A stretch of DNA of 64,000 nt from Lingula anatina. Lineage: Eukaryota > Animalia > Brachiopoda. This document shows positions 1-15,000 of the stretch, piece by piece. Under the pieces are notes generated by a model. It had not been told where the DNA came from. It did no database searches and worked only from the letters and a program-made list of their open reading frames with translations. The position numbers and the translations under genes were made by a program. The stretch's first letter is position 1, and each line of letters opens with the position of its first letter. The stretch is taken from contig CM120640.1 of the NCBI GenBank assembly GCA_051362555.1, positions 30,895,967 through 30,959,966 on the forward strand. Direction: 5' to 3'.

Positions 1-3000
1 CACAGTGCTGCTCTTGGTGGTATCTTTCACTGCCTGCTTTTTCAGCTTTTTCATGGTGAGGGTACTCTGAAACAAGAACAATATAACTGAAAGGACTGAA
101 AATTACATTTGAAAAGAATGACAAATTCAGTGACTCAATTAAAATAGTTAAACGTTAATAATTTTGTCTGATCTAGTCCAATATTTCTGAAATTTGTACA
201 AATAATGCTTAACAAAAATAAAAATCTGTGATAAGCTGACCAGTTGTTTGTATTCAATGAAAAGTTTTTTTTAGGACAAGATATTTGCGAAAACCAAAAA
301 TTACATTGAAAAGACTGGCAAATCCCAAGCCTTAAAATAGTTAAACGTTAATAATTTCGTCAAATTTTGTCCTATATTTCTGAAATTTGTACAAATGATG
401 CTTAACAACAATAGAAATATGTGATAAGCTGATCAGTTGTCTGTATTGAATAAAAAGTGTTTTTTAGGACAATATATTTGCGAAAGCCAAAAATTACATT
501 GAAAAGACTGGGAATTCGCAGGACTTGAAATAGTTAAACGTTAATAATTTTGTCTAAACTAGTCCAATATTTCTGAAATTTGTACAAATGATGCTTAACA
601 ACAATAAAAATCTGTGATAAGCTGATCAGTTGTCTGTGTCTAATGAAAAGTGTTTTTTGGGACAACATAGTTGGGAAAACTGAAAATTACATTGAAAAGA
701 CTGGCAAAACCCAGACCTTAAAATAGTTAAACATTAATAATTTTGTCAAATCTGGTCCAATATTTATGAAATTTGTACAAATGATGCTTAACAACAATAG
801 AAATCTGTGATAAGCTGATCAGTTATCTGAGTCTTTTTTTTTTTAAGTGTCAAGTGTATGGGAAATTGATTATCAGAAGAGTGAGAATTAACCAAAACAA
901 ATATTACAATATTGCAATGTATTATTTACTCTGAAAGTAAACAGCAAATGTGATGATTTGAGGTTGTTTGTGTAAGAGGTTGCAAATTTCCTATAACTGT
1001 CATCTGGAAAACAATATATACCCATTCAAGAGTTCTCCTTACTACCTCTGCAAGATGCAGATTACTCCTTTCTGGAAGGGGTTGTTGTTATCACAATACT
1101 CAACAAGGCCCTAAATCTTGCCAAATATCATGTATTGTACACATGGAGAAGACACATTGCTGCTCTTGGTGGTATCTTTCACTGCCTGCTTTTTCAGCTT
1201 TTTCATGGTGAGGGTTCCCTAAACGAAGAACAATATAACTGAAAGGACTGAAAATTACATTTGAAAAGAATGACAAATTCAGTGACTTAATTAAAATAGT
1301 TAAACGTTAATAATTTTGTCTAATCTAGTCCAATATTTCTGAAATTTGTACAAATGATGCTTAACTACAATAAAAATCTGTGATAAGCTGATCAGTTGTC
1401 TGTGTGTAATGAAAAGTAATTTTTGGGACAACTTATTTGGGAAAACTGAAAATTACATTGAAAAGACTGGCAAATCCCAGGCCTTAAAATAGTTAAACGA
1501 TAATAATTTTGTCAAATCTTGTCCTATATTTCTGAAATTTGTACAAATGATGCTCAACAACAATAAAAATCTGTGATAAGCTGATCAGTTGTCTGTATTG
1601 AATGAAAAGTGTTTTTTAGGACAATATATTTGCGAAAACCAAAAATTGCATTGAAAAGACTGGGAAAATCCCAGGCCTTAAAATAGTTAAATGTTAATAA
1701 TTTCGTCAAATTTTTTCCTATATTTCTGAAATTTGTACAAATGATGCTAAACAACAATAGAAATCTGTGATAAGCTGATCAGTTGTCTGTATTAAATGAA
1801 AAGTGTTTTTTGGGACAACATATTTGGGAAAACTGAAAATTACGCTGAAAATACTGGGAATTTGCAGGACTTGAAATATTTAAACGTTAATAATTTTGTC
1901 TAATCTAGTCCAATATTTCTGAAATTTGTACAAATGATGCTTAACAACAATAAAAATCTGTGATAAGCTGATCAGTTGTCTGTGTCTAATGAAAAGTGTT
2001 TTTTGGGACAACATAGTTGGGAAAACTGAAAATTACATTGAAAAGCCTGGCATATCCCAGGCCTTAAAATAGTTAAACGTTAATAATTTTGTCAAATCTT
2101 GTCGTATATTTCTGAAATTTGTACAAATGATGCTTAACAATAATAAAAATCTGTGATAAGCTGATCAGTTATCTGAGTCTTTTTTTTTTAAGTGTCAAGT
2201 GTATGGGAAATTGATCACCAGAAGAGTGAGAATTAACCAAAACAAATATTTCAATATTGCAATGTATTATTTACTCTGAAAGTAAACAGCAAATGTGATG
2301 ATTTGAGGTTGTTTGTGTAAGAGGTTGCAAATTTCCTATAACTGTCAGCTGGAAAACAATATATACCCATACAAGAGTTCTCCTTACTACCTCTGCAAGA
2401 TGCAGATTAGCCCTTTCCGGAAGGGGTTGTTGTTATCACAATACTCAACAAGGCCCTAAATTTTGCCAAATATCATGTATTGTACACATGGAGAAGACAC
2501 AGTGCTGCTCTTGGTGGTATCTTTCACTGCCTGCTTTTTCAGCTTTTTCATGGTGAGGGTACTCTGAAACAAGAACAATATAACTGAAAGGACTGAAAAT
2601 TACATTTGAAAAGAATGACAAATTCAGTGACTCAATTAAAATAGTTAAACGTTAATAATTTTGTCTGATCTAGTCCAATATTTCTGAAATTTGTACAAAT
2701 AATGCTTAACAAAAATAAAAATCTGTGATAAGCTGACCAGTTGTTTGTATTCAATGAAAAGTTTTTTTTAGGACAAGATATTTGCGAAAACCAAAAATTA
2801 CATTGAAAAGACTGGCAAATCCCAAGCCTTAAAATAGTTAAACGTTAATAATTTCGTCAAATTTTGTCCTATATTTCTGAAATTTGTACAAATGATGCTT
2901 AACAACAATAGAAATATGTGATAAGCTGATCAGTTGTCTGTATTGAATAAAAAGTGTTTTTTAGGACAATATATTTGCGAAAGCCAAAAATTACATTGAA

Positions 3001-6000
3001 AAGACTGGGAATTCGCAGGACTTGAAATAGTTAAACGTTAATAATTTTGTCTAAACTAGTCCAATATTTCTGAAATTTGTACAAATGATGCTTAACAACA
3101 ATAAAAATCTGTGATAAGCTGATCAGTTGTCTGTGTCTAATGAAAAGTGTTTTTTGGGACAACATAGTTGGGAAAACTGAAAATTACATTGAAAAGACTG
3201 GCAAAACCCAGACCTTAAAATAGTTAAACATTAATAATTTTGTCAAATCTGGTCCAATATTTATGAAATTTGTACAAATGATGCTTAACAACAATAGAAA
3301 TCTGTGATAAGCTGATCAGTTATCTGAGTCTTTTTTTTTTTAAGTGTCAAGTGTATGGGAAATTGATTATCAGAAGAGTGAGAATTAACCAAAACAAATA
3401 TTACAATATTGCAATGTATTATTTACTCTGAAAGTAAACAGCAAATGTGATGATTTGAGGTTGTTTGTGTAAGAGGTTGCAAATTTCCTATAACTGTCAT
3501 CTGGAAAACAATATATACCCATTCAAGAGTTCTCCTTACTACCTCTGCAAGATGCAGATTACTCCTTTCTGGAAGGGGTTGTTGTTATCACAATACTCAA
3601 CAAGGCCCTAAATCTTGCCAAATATCATGTATTGTACACATGGAGAAGACACATTGCTGCTCTTGGTGGTATCTTTCACTGCCTGCTTTTTCAGCTTTTT
3701 CATGGTGAGGGTTCCCTAAACGAAGAACAATATAACTGAAAGGACTGAAAATTACATTTGAAAAGAATGACAAATTCAGTGACTTAATTAAAATAGTTAA
3801 ACGTTAATAATTTTGTCTAATCTAGTCCAATATTTCTGAAATTTGTACAAATGATGCTTAACAACAATAAAAATCTGTGATAAGCTGATCAGTTGTCTGT
3901 GTCTAATGAAAAGTGTTTTTTGGGACAACATAGTTGGGAAAACTGAAAATTACATTGAAAAGCCTGGCATATCCCAGGCCTTAAAATAGTTAAACGTTAA
4001 TAATTTTGTCAAATCTTGTCGTATATTTCTGAAATTTGTACAAATGATGCTTAACAATAATAAAAATCTGTGATAAGCTGATCAGTTATCTGAGTCTTTT
4101 TTTTTTAAGTGTCAAGTGTATGGGAAATTGATCACCAGAAGAGTGAGAATTAACCAAAACAAATATTTCAATATTGCAATGTATTATTTACTCTGAAAGT
4201 AAACAGCAAATGTGATGATTTGAGGTTGTTTGTGTAAGAGGTTGCAAATTTCCTATAACTGTCAGCTGGAAAACAATATATACCCATACAAGAGTTCTCC
4301 TTACTACCTCTGCAAGATGCAGATTAGCCCTTTCCGGAAGGGGTTGTTGTTATCACAATACTCAACAAGGCCCTAAATTTTGCCAAATTTCATGTATTGT
4401 ACACATGGAGAAGACACAGTGCTGCTCTTGGTGGTATCTTTCACTGCCTGCTTTTTCAGCTTTTTCATGGTGAGGGTACTCTGAAACAAGAACAATATAA
4501 CTGAAAGGACTGAAAATTACATTTGAAAAGAATGACAAATTCAGTGACTCAATTAAAATAGTTAAACGTTAATAATTTTGTCTGATCTAGTCCAATATTT
4601 CTGAAATTTGTACAAATAATGCTTAACAAAAATAAAAATCTGTGATAAGCTGACCAGTTGTTTGTATTCAATGAAAAGTTTTTTTTAGGACAAGATATTT
4701 GCGAAAACCAAAAATTACATTGAAAAGACTGGCAAATCCCAAGCCTTAAAATAGTTAAACGTTAATAATTTCGTCAAATTTTGTCCTATATTTCTGAAAT
4801 TTGTACAAATGATGCTTAACAACAATAGAAATATGTGATAAGCTGATCAGTTGTCTGTATTGAATAAAAAGTGTTTTTTAGGACAATATATTTGCGAAAG
4901 CCAAAAATTACATTGAAAAGACTGGGAATTCGCAGGACTTGAAATAGTTAAACGTTAATAATTTTGTCTAAACTAGTCCAATATTTCTGAAATTTGTACA
5001 AATGATGCTTAACAACAATAAAAATCTGTGATAAGCTGATCAGTTGTCTGTGTCTAATGAAAAGTGTTTTTTGGGACAACATAGTTGGGAAAACTGAAAA
5101 TTACATTGAAAAGACTGGCAAAACCCAGACCTTAAAATAGTTAAACATTAATAATTTTGTCAAATCTGGTCCAATATTTATGAAATTTGTACAAATGATG
5201 CTTAACAACAATAGAAATCTGTGATAAGCTGATCAGTTATCTGAGTCTTTTTTTTTTTTAAGTGTCAAGTGTATGGGAAATTGATTATCAGAAGAGTGAG
5301 AATTAACCAAAACAAATATTACAATATTGCAATGTATTATTTACTCTGAAAGTAAACAGCAAATGTGATGATTTGAGGTTGTTTGTGTAAGAGGTTGCAA
5401 ATTTCCTATAACTGTCATCTGGAAAACAATATATACCCATTCAAGAGTTCTCCTTACTACCTCTGCAAGATGCAGATTACTCCTTTCTGGAAGGGGTTGT
5501 TGTTATCACAATACTCAACAAGGCCCTAAATCTTGCCAAATATCATGTATTGTACACATGGAGAAGACACATTGCTGCTCTTGGTGGTATCTTTCACTGC
5601 CTGCTTTTTCAGCTTTTTCATGGTGAGGGTTCCCTAAACGAAGAACAATATAACTGAAAGGACTGAAAATTACATTTGAAAAGAATGACAAATTCAGTGA
5701 CTTAATTAAAATAGTTAAACGTTAATAATTTTGTCTAATCTAGTCCAATATTTCTGAAATTTGTACAAATGATGCTTAACTACAATAAAAATCTGTGATA
5801 AGCTGATCAGTTGTCTGTGTGTAATGAAAAGTAATTTTTGGGACAACTTATTTGGGAAAACTGAAAATTACATTGAAAAGACTGGCAAATCCCAGGCCTT
5901 AAAATAGTTAAACGATAATAATTTTGTCAAATCTTGTCCTATATTTCTGAAATTTGTACAAATGATGCTTAACAACAATAAAAATCTGTGATAAGCTGAT

Positions 6001-9000
6001 CAGTTGTCTGTATTGAATGAAAAGTGTTTTTTAGGACAATATATTTGCGAAAACCAAAAATTGCATTGAAAAGACTGGGAAAATCCCAGGCCTTAAAATA
6101 GTTAAATGTTAATAATTTCGTCAAATTTTTTCCTATATTTCTGAAATTTGTACAAATGATGCTAAACAACAATAGAAATCTGTGATAAGCTGATCAGTTG
6201 TCTGTATTTAATGAAAAGTGTTTTTTGGGACAACATATTTGGGAAAACTGAAAATTACGCTGAAAATACTGGGAATTTGCAGGACTTGAAATATTTAAAC
6301 GTTAATAATTTTGTCTAATCTAGTCCAATATTTCTGAAATTTGTACAAATGATGCTTAACAACAATAAAAATCTGTGATAAGCTGATCAGTTGTCTGTGT
6401 CTAATGAAAAGTGTTTTTTGGGACAACATAGTTGGGAAAACTGAAAATTACATTGAAAAGCCTGGCATATCCCAGGCCTTAAAATAGTTAAACGTTAATA
6501 ATTTTGTCAAATCTTGTCGTATATTTCTGAAATTTGTACAAATGATGCTTAACAATAATAAAAATCTGTGATAAGCTGATCAGTTATCTGAGTCTTTTTT
6601 TTTTAAGTGTCAAGTGTATGGGAAATTGATCACCAGAAGAGTGAGAATTAACCAAAACAAATATTACACTATTGCAATGTATTATTTACTGTGAAAGTAA
6701 ACAGCAAATGTGATGATTTGAGGTTGTTTGTGTAAGAGGTTGCAAATTACCTATAACTGTCATCTGGAAAACAATATATACCCATACAAGAGTTTTCATT
6801 ACTATCTCTGCAAGATGCAGATTACTCCTTTCTGGAAGGGGTTGTTGTTATCACAATACTCAACAAGGCCTTAAATCTTGCCAAATATCATGTATTGTAC
6901 ACATGGAGAAGACAAAGTGCTGCTCTTGGTGGTATCTTTCACTGCCTGCTTTTTCAGCTTTTTCATGGTGAGGGTACTCTGAAACAAGAACAATATAACT
7001 GAAAGGACTGAAAATTACATTTGAAAAGAATGACAAATTCGGTGACTTAATTAAAATAGTTAAATGTTAATAATTTCGTCAAATTTTGTCCTATATTTCT
7101 GAAATTTGTACAAATGATGCTTAACAACAATAGAAATCTGTGATAAGCTGATCAGTTATCTGAGTCTTTTTTTTTTAAGTGTGAAGTGTATGGGAAATTG
7201 ATTATCAGAAGAGTGAGAATTAACCAAAACAAATATTTCAATATTGCAATGTATTATTTACTCTGAAAGTAAACAGCAAATGTGATGATTTGAGGTTGTT
7301 TGTGTAAGAGGTTGCAAATTTCCTATAACTGTCAGCTGGAAAACAATATATACCCATACAAGAGTTCTCCTTACTACCTCTGCAAGATGCAGATTAGCCC
7401 TTTCCGGAAGGGGTTGTTGTTATCACAATACTCAACAAGGCCCTAAATTTTGCCAAATATCATGTATTGTACACATGGAGAAGACACAGTGCTGCTCTTG
7501 GTGGTATCTTTCACTGCCTGCTTTTTCAGCTTTTTCATGGTGAGGGTACTCTGAAACAAGAACAATATAACTGAAAGGACTGAAAATTACATTTGAAAAG
7601 AATGACAAATTCAGTGACTCAATTAAAATAGTTAAACGTTAATAATTTTGTCTGATCTAGTCCAATATTTCTGAAATTTGTACAAATGATGCTTAACAAA
7701 AATAAAAATCTGTGATAAGCTGACCAGTTGTTTGTATTCAATGAAAAGTTTTTTTTAGGACAAGATATTTGCGAAAACCAAAAATTACATTGAAAAGACT
7801 GGCAAATCCCAGGCCTTAAAATAGTTAAACGTTAATAATTTCGTCAAATTTTGTCCTATATTTCTGAAATTTGTACAAATGATGCTTAACAACAATAGAA
7901 ATATGTGATAAGCTGATCAGTTGTCTGTATTGAATGAAAAGTGTTTTTTAGGACAATATATTTGCGAAAGCCAAAAATTACATTGAAAAGACTGGGAATT
8001 CGCAGGACTTGAAATAGTTAAACGTTAATAATTTTGTCTAAACTAGTCCAATATTTCTGAAATTTGTACAAATGATGCTTAACAACAATAAAAATCTGTG
8101 ATAAGCTGATCAGTTGTCTGTGTCTAATGAAAAGTGTTTTTTGGGACAACATAGTTGGGAAAACTGAAAATTACATTGAAAAGACTGGCAAAACCCAGAC
8201 CTTAAAATAGTTAAACATTAATAATTTTGTCAAATCTGGTCCAATATTTCTGAAATTTGTACAAATGATGCTTAACAATAATAAAAATCTGTGATAAGCT
8301 GATCAGTTATCTGAGTCTTTTTTTTAAAGTGTCAAGTGTATGGGAAATTGATCATCAGAAGAGTGAGAATTAACCAAATCAAATATTACAATATTGCAAT
8401 GTATTATTTACTGTGAAAGTAAACAGCAAATGTGATGATGTGAGGTTGTTTGTGTAAGAGGTTGCAAATTACCTATAACTGTCATCTGGAAAACAATATA
8501 TACCCATACAAGAGTTCTCATTACTACCTCTGCAAGATGCAGATTACTCCTTTCTGGAAGGGGTTGTTGTAATCACAATACTCAACAAGGCCCTAAATCT
8601 TGCCAAATATCATGTATTGTACACATGGAGAAGACACATTGCTGCTCTTGGTGGTATCTTTCACTGCCTGCTTTTTCAGCTTTTTCATGGTGAGGGTTCC
8701 CTAAACGAAGAACAATATAACTGAAAGGACTGAAAATTACATTTGAAAAGAATGACAAATTCAGTGACTTAATTAAAATAGTTAAACGTTAATAATTTTG
8801 TCTAATCTAGTCCAATATTTCTGAAATTTGTACAAATGATGCTTAACTACAATAAAAATCTGTGATAAGCTGATCAGTTGTCTGTGTGTAATGAAAAGTG
8901 ATTTTTGGGACAACTTATTGGGAAAACTGAAAATTACATTGAAAAGACTGGCAAATCCCAGGCCTTAAAATAGTTAAACGTTATTAATTTTGTCAAATTT

Positions 9001-12000
9001 TGTCCTATATTTCTGAAATTTGTACAAATGATGCTTAACAATAATAGAAATCTGTGATAAGCTGATCAGTTGGCTATATTGAATGAAAAGTGTTTTTTAG
9101 GACAATATATTTGCAAAAACCAAAAATTACATTGAAAAGACTGGGAATTCGCAGGACTTGAAATAGTTAAATGTTAATAATTTTGTCAAATCTAGTCCAA
9201 TATTTATGAAATTTGTACAAATGATGCTTAACAATAATAAAAATCTGTGATAAGCTGATCAGTTGTCTGTATCTAATAAAGTGTTTTTTGGGACAACATA
9301 TTTGGGAAAACTGAAAATTACATTGAAAAGACTGGCAAATCCCAGGCCTTAAAATAGTTAAACGATAATAATTTTGTCAAATCTTGTCCTATATTTCTGA
9401 AATTTGTACAAATGATGCTTAACAACAATAAAAATCTGTGATAAGCTGATCAGTTGTCTGTATTGAATGAAAAGTGTTTTTTAGGACAATATATTTGCGA
9501 AAACCAAAAATTGCATTGAAAAGATGGGCAAATCCCAGGCCTTAAAATAGTTAAATGTTAATAATTTCATCAAATTTTTTCCTATATTTCTGAAATTTGT
9601 ACAAATGATGCTTAACAACAATAGAAATATGTGATAAGCTGATCAGTTGTCTGTATTGAATGAAAAGTGTTTTTTAGGACAATATATTTAAGAAAACCAA
9701 AAATTACATTGAAAAGACTGGGAATTCGCAGGACTTGAAATATTTAAACGTTAATAATTTTGTCTAATCTAGTCCAATATTTCTGAAATTTGTACAAATG
9801 ATGCTTAACAACAATAAAAATCTGTGATAAGCTGATCAGTTGTCTGTTTCTAATGAAAAGTTTTTTTTAGGACAATATATTTGCGAAAACAAAAATTACA
9901 TTGAAATGACTGGCAAATCCCAGGCCTTAAAATAGTTAAACGTTAATAATTTCATCAAATTTTGTCCTATATTTCTGAAATTTGTACAAATGATGCTAAA
10001 CAACAATAGAAATCTGTGATAAGCTGATCAGTTGTCTGTATTTAATGAAAAGTGTTTTTTGGGACAACATATTTGGGAAAACTGAAAATTACGCTGAAAA
10101 TACTGGGAATTTGCAGGACTTGAAATATTTAAACGTTAATAATTTTGTCTAATCTAGTCCAATATTTCTGAAATTTGTACAAATGATGCTTAACAACAAT
10201 AAAAATCTGTGATAAGCTGATCAGTTGTCTGTGTCTATTGAAAAGTGTTTTTTGGGACAACATAGTTGGGAAAACTGAAAATTACATTGAAAAGCCTGGC
10301 ATATCCCAGGCCTTAAAATAGTTAAACGTTAATAATTTTGTCAAATCTTGTCGTATATTTCTGAAATTTGTACAAATGATGCTTAACAATAATAAAAATC
10401 TGTGATAAGCTGATCAGTTATCTGAGTCTTTTTTTTTTTAAGTGTCAAGTGTATGGAAATTGATCATCAGAAGAGTGAGAATTAACCAAAACAAATATTA
10501 CAATATTGCAATGTATTATTTACTGTGAAAGTAAACAGCAAATGTGATGATTTGAGGTTGTTTGTGTAAGAGGTTGCAAATTACCTATAACTGTCATCTG
10601 GAAAACAATATATACCCATACAAGAGTTTTCATTACTATCTCTGCAAGATGCAGATTACTCCTTTCTGGAAGGGGTTGTTGTTATCACAATACTCAACAA
10701 GGCCTTAAATCTTGCCAAATATCATGTATTGTACACATGGAGAAGACAAAGTGCTGCTCTTGGTGGTATCTTTCACTGCCTGCTTTTTCAGCTTTTTCAT
10801 GGTGAGGGTACTCTGAAACAAGAACAATATAACTGAAAGGACTGAAAATTACATTTGAAAAGAATGACAAATTTGGTGACTTAATTAAAATAGTTAAATG
10901 TTAATAATTTCGTCAAATTTTGTCCTATATTTCTGAAATTTGTACAAATGATGCTTAACAACAATAGAAATATGTGATAAGCTGATCAGTTGTCTGTATT
11001 GAATGAAAAGTGTTTTTTAGGACAATATATTTGCGAAAACCAAAAATTACATTGAAAAGACTGGGAATTCGCAGGACTTGAAATAGTTAAACGTTAATAA
11101 TTTTGTCTAAACTAGTCCAATATTTCTGAAATTTGTACAAATGATGCTTAACAACAATAAAAATCTGTGATAAGCTGATCAGTTGTCTGTGTCTAATGAA
11201 AAGTGTTTTTTGGGACAACATAGTTGGGAAAACTGAAAATTACATTGAAAAGACTGGCAAAACCCAGACCTTAAAATAGTTAAACATTAATAATTTTGTC
11301 AAATCTGGTCCAATATTTATGAAATTTGTACAAATGATGCTTAACAACAATAAAAATCTGTGATAAGCTGATCAGTTATCTGAGTCTTTTTTTTTAAGTG
11401 TCAAGTGTATGGGAAATTGATTATCAGAAGAGTGAGAATTAACCAAAACAAATATTTCAATATTGCAATGTATTATTTACTCTGAAAGTAAACAGCAAAT
11501 GTGATGATTTGAGGTTGTTTGTGTAAGAGGTTGCAAATTTCCTATAACTGTCAGCTGGAAAACAATATATACCCATACAAGAGTTCTCCTTACTACCTCT
11601 GCAAGATGCAGATTAGCCCTTTCCGGAAGGGGTTGTTGTTATCACAATACTCAACAAGGCCCTAAATTTTGCCAAATATCATGTATTGTACACATGGAGA
11701 AGACACAGTGCTGCTCTTGGTGGTATCTTTCACTGCCTGCTTTTTCAGCTTTTTCATGGTGAGGGTACTCTGAAACAAGAACAATATAACTGAAAGGACT
11801 GAAAATTACATTTGAAAAGAATGACAAATTCAGTGACTCAATTAAAAAAGTTAAACGTTAATAATTTTGTCTGATCTAGTCCAATATTTCTGAAATTTGT
11901 ACAAATGATGCTTAACAAAAATAAAAATCTGTGATAAGCTGACCAGTTGTTTGTATTCAATGAAAAGTTTTTTTAGGACAAGATATTTGCGAAAACCAAA

Positions 12001-15000
12001 AATTACATTGAAAAGACTGGCAAATCCCAGGCCCTAAAATAGTTAAACGTTAATAATTTCGTCAAATTTTGTCCTATATTTCTGAAATTTGTACAAATGA
12101 TGCTTAACAACAATAGAAATATGTGATAAGCTGATCAGTTGTCTGTATTGAATGAAAAGTGTTTTTTAGGACAATATATTTGCGAAAGCCAAAAATTACA
12201 TTGAAAAGACTGGGAATTCGCAGGACTTGAAATAGTTAAACGTTAATAATTTTGTCTAAACTAGTCCAATATTTCTGAAATTTGTACAAATGATGCTTAA
12301 CAACAATAAAAATCTGTGATAAGCTGATCAGTTGTCTGTGTCTAATGAAAAGTGTTTTTTGGGACAACATAGTTGGGAAAACTGAAAATTACATTGAAAA
12401 GACTGGCAAAACCCAGACCTTAAAATAGTTAAACATTAATAATTTTGTCAAATCTGGTCCAATATTTCTGAAATTTGTACAAATGATGCTTAACAATAAT
12501 AAAAATCTGTGATAAGCTGATCAGTTATCTGAGTCTTTTTTTTAAAGTGTCAAGTGTATGGGAAATTGATCATCAGAAGAGTGAGAATTAACCAAATCAA
12601 ATATTACAATATTGCAATGTATTATTTACTGTGAAAGTAAACAGCAAATGTGATGATGTGAGGTTGTTTGTGTAAGAGGTTGCAAATTACCTATAACTGT
12701 CATCTGGAAAACAATATATACCCATACAAGAGTTCTCATTACTACCTCTGCAAGATGCAGATTACTCCTTTCTGGAAGGGGTTGTTGTAATCACAATACT
12801 CAACAAGGCCCTAAATCTTGCCAAATATCATGTATTGTACACATGGAGAAGACACATTGCTGCTCTTGGTGGTATCTTTCACTGCCTGCTTTTTCAGCTT
12901 TTTCATGGTGAGGGTTCCCTAAACGAAGAACAATATAACTGAAAGGACTGAAAATTACATTTGAAAAGAATGACAAATTCAGTGACTTAATTAAAATAGT
13001 TAAACGTTAATAATTTTGTCTAATCTAGTCCAATATTTCTGAAATTTGTACAAATGATGCTTAACTACAATAAAAATCTGTGATAAGCTGATCAGTTGTC
13101 TGTGTGTAATGAAAAGTGATTTTTGGGACAACTTATTGGGAAAACTGAAAATTACATTGAAAAGACTGGCAAATCCCAGGCCTTAAAATAGTTAAACGTT
13201 ATTAATTTTGTCAAATTTTGTCCTATATTTCTGAAATTTGTACAAATGATGCTTAACAATAATAGAAATCTGTGATAAGCTGATCAGTTGGCTATATTGA
13301 ATGAAAAGTGTTTTTTAGGACAATATATTTGCAAAAACCAAAAATTACATTGAAAAGACTGGGAATTCGCAGGACTTGAAATAGTTAAATGTTAATAATT
13401 TTGTCAAATCTAGTCCAATATTTATGAAATTTGTACAAATGATGCTTAACAATAATAAAAATCTGTGATAAGCTGATCAGTTGTCTGTATCTAATAAAGT
13501 GTTTTTTGGGACAACATATTTGGGAAAACTGAAAATTACATTGAAAAGACTGGCAAATCCCAGGCCTTAAAATAGTTAAACGATAATAATTTTGTCAAAT
13601 CTTGTCCTATATTTCTGAAATTTGTACAAATGATGCTTAACAACAATAAAAATCTGTGATAAGCTGATCAGTTGTCTGTATTGAATGAAAAGTGTTTTTT
13701 AGGACAATATATTTGCGAAAACCAAAAATTGCATTGAAAAGATGGGCAAATCCCAGGCCTTAAAATAGTTAAATGTTAATAATTTCATCAAATTTTTTCC
13801 TATATTTCTGAAATTTGTACAAATGATGCTTAACAACAATAGAAATATGTGATAAGCTGATCAGTTGTCTGTATTGAATGAAAAGTGTTTTTTAGGACAA
13901 TATATTTAAGAAAACCAAAAATTACATTGAAAAGACTGGGAATTCGCAGGACTTGAAATATTTAAACGTTAATAATTTTGTCTAATCTAGTCCAATATTT
14001 CTGAAATTTGTACAAATGATGCTTAACAACAATAAAAATCTGTGATAAGCTGATCAGTTGTCTGTTTCTAATGAAAAGTTTTTTTTAGGACAATATATTT
14101 GCGAAAACAAAAATTACATTGAAATGACTGGCAAATCCCAGGCCTTAAAATAGTTAAACGTTAATAATTTCATCAAATTTTGTCCTATATTTCTGAAATT
14201 TGTACAAATGATGCTAAACAACAATAGAAATCTGTGATAAGCTGATCAGTTGTCTGTATTTAATGAAAAGTGTTTTTTGGGACAACATATTTGGGAAAAC
14301 TGAAAATTACGCTGAAAATACTGGGAATTTGCAGGACTTGAAATATTTAAACGTTAATAATTTTGTCTAATCTAGTCCAATATTTCTGAAATTTGTACAA
14401 ATGATGCTTAACAACAATAAAAATCTGTGATAAGCTGATCAGTTGTCTGTGTCTATTGAAAAGTGTTTTTTGGGACAACATAGTTGGGAAAACTGAAAAT
14501 TACATTGAAAAGCCTGGCATATCCCAGGCCTTAAAATAGTTAAACGTTAATAATTTTGTCAAATCTTGTCGTATATTTCTGAAATTTGTACAAATGATGC
14601 TTAACAATAATAAAAATCTGTGATAAGCTGATCAGTTATCTGAGTCTTTTTTTTTTTAAGTGTCAAGTGTATGGAAATTGATCATCAGAAGAGTGAGAAT
14701 TAACCAAAACAAATATTACAATATTGCAATGTATTATTTACTGTGAAAGTAAACAGCAAATGTGATGATTTGAGGTTGTTTGTGTAAGAGGTTGCAAATT
14801 ACCTATAACTGTCATCTGGAAAACAATATATACCCATACAAGAGTTTTCATTACTATCTCTGCAAGATGCAGATTACTCCTTTCTGGAAGGGGTTGTTGT
14901 TATCACAATACTCAACAAGGCCTTAAATCTTGCCAAATATCATGTATTGTACACATGGAGAAGACAAAGTGCTGCTCTTGGTGGTATCTTTCACTGCCTG

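Noticed and set aside
1554-1757. 67-aa ORF repeated four times (1554, 5969, 21880, 28017)
   Set aside because: It is a chance open frame in one B-monomer variant with a 1-nt insertion. It recurs only through block duplication and is closed in the other monomers.
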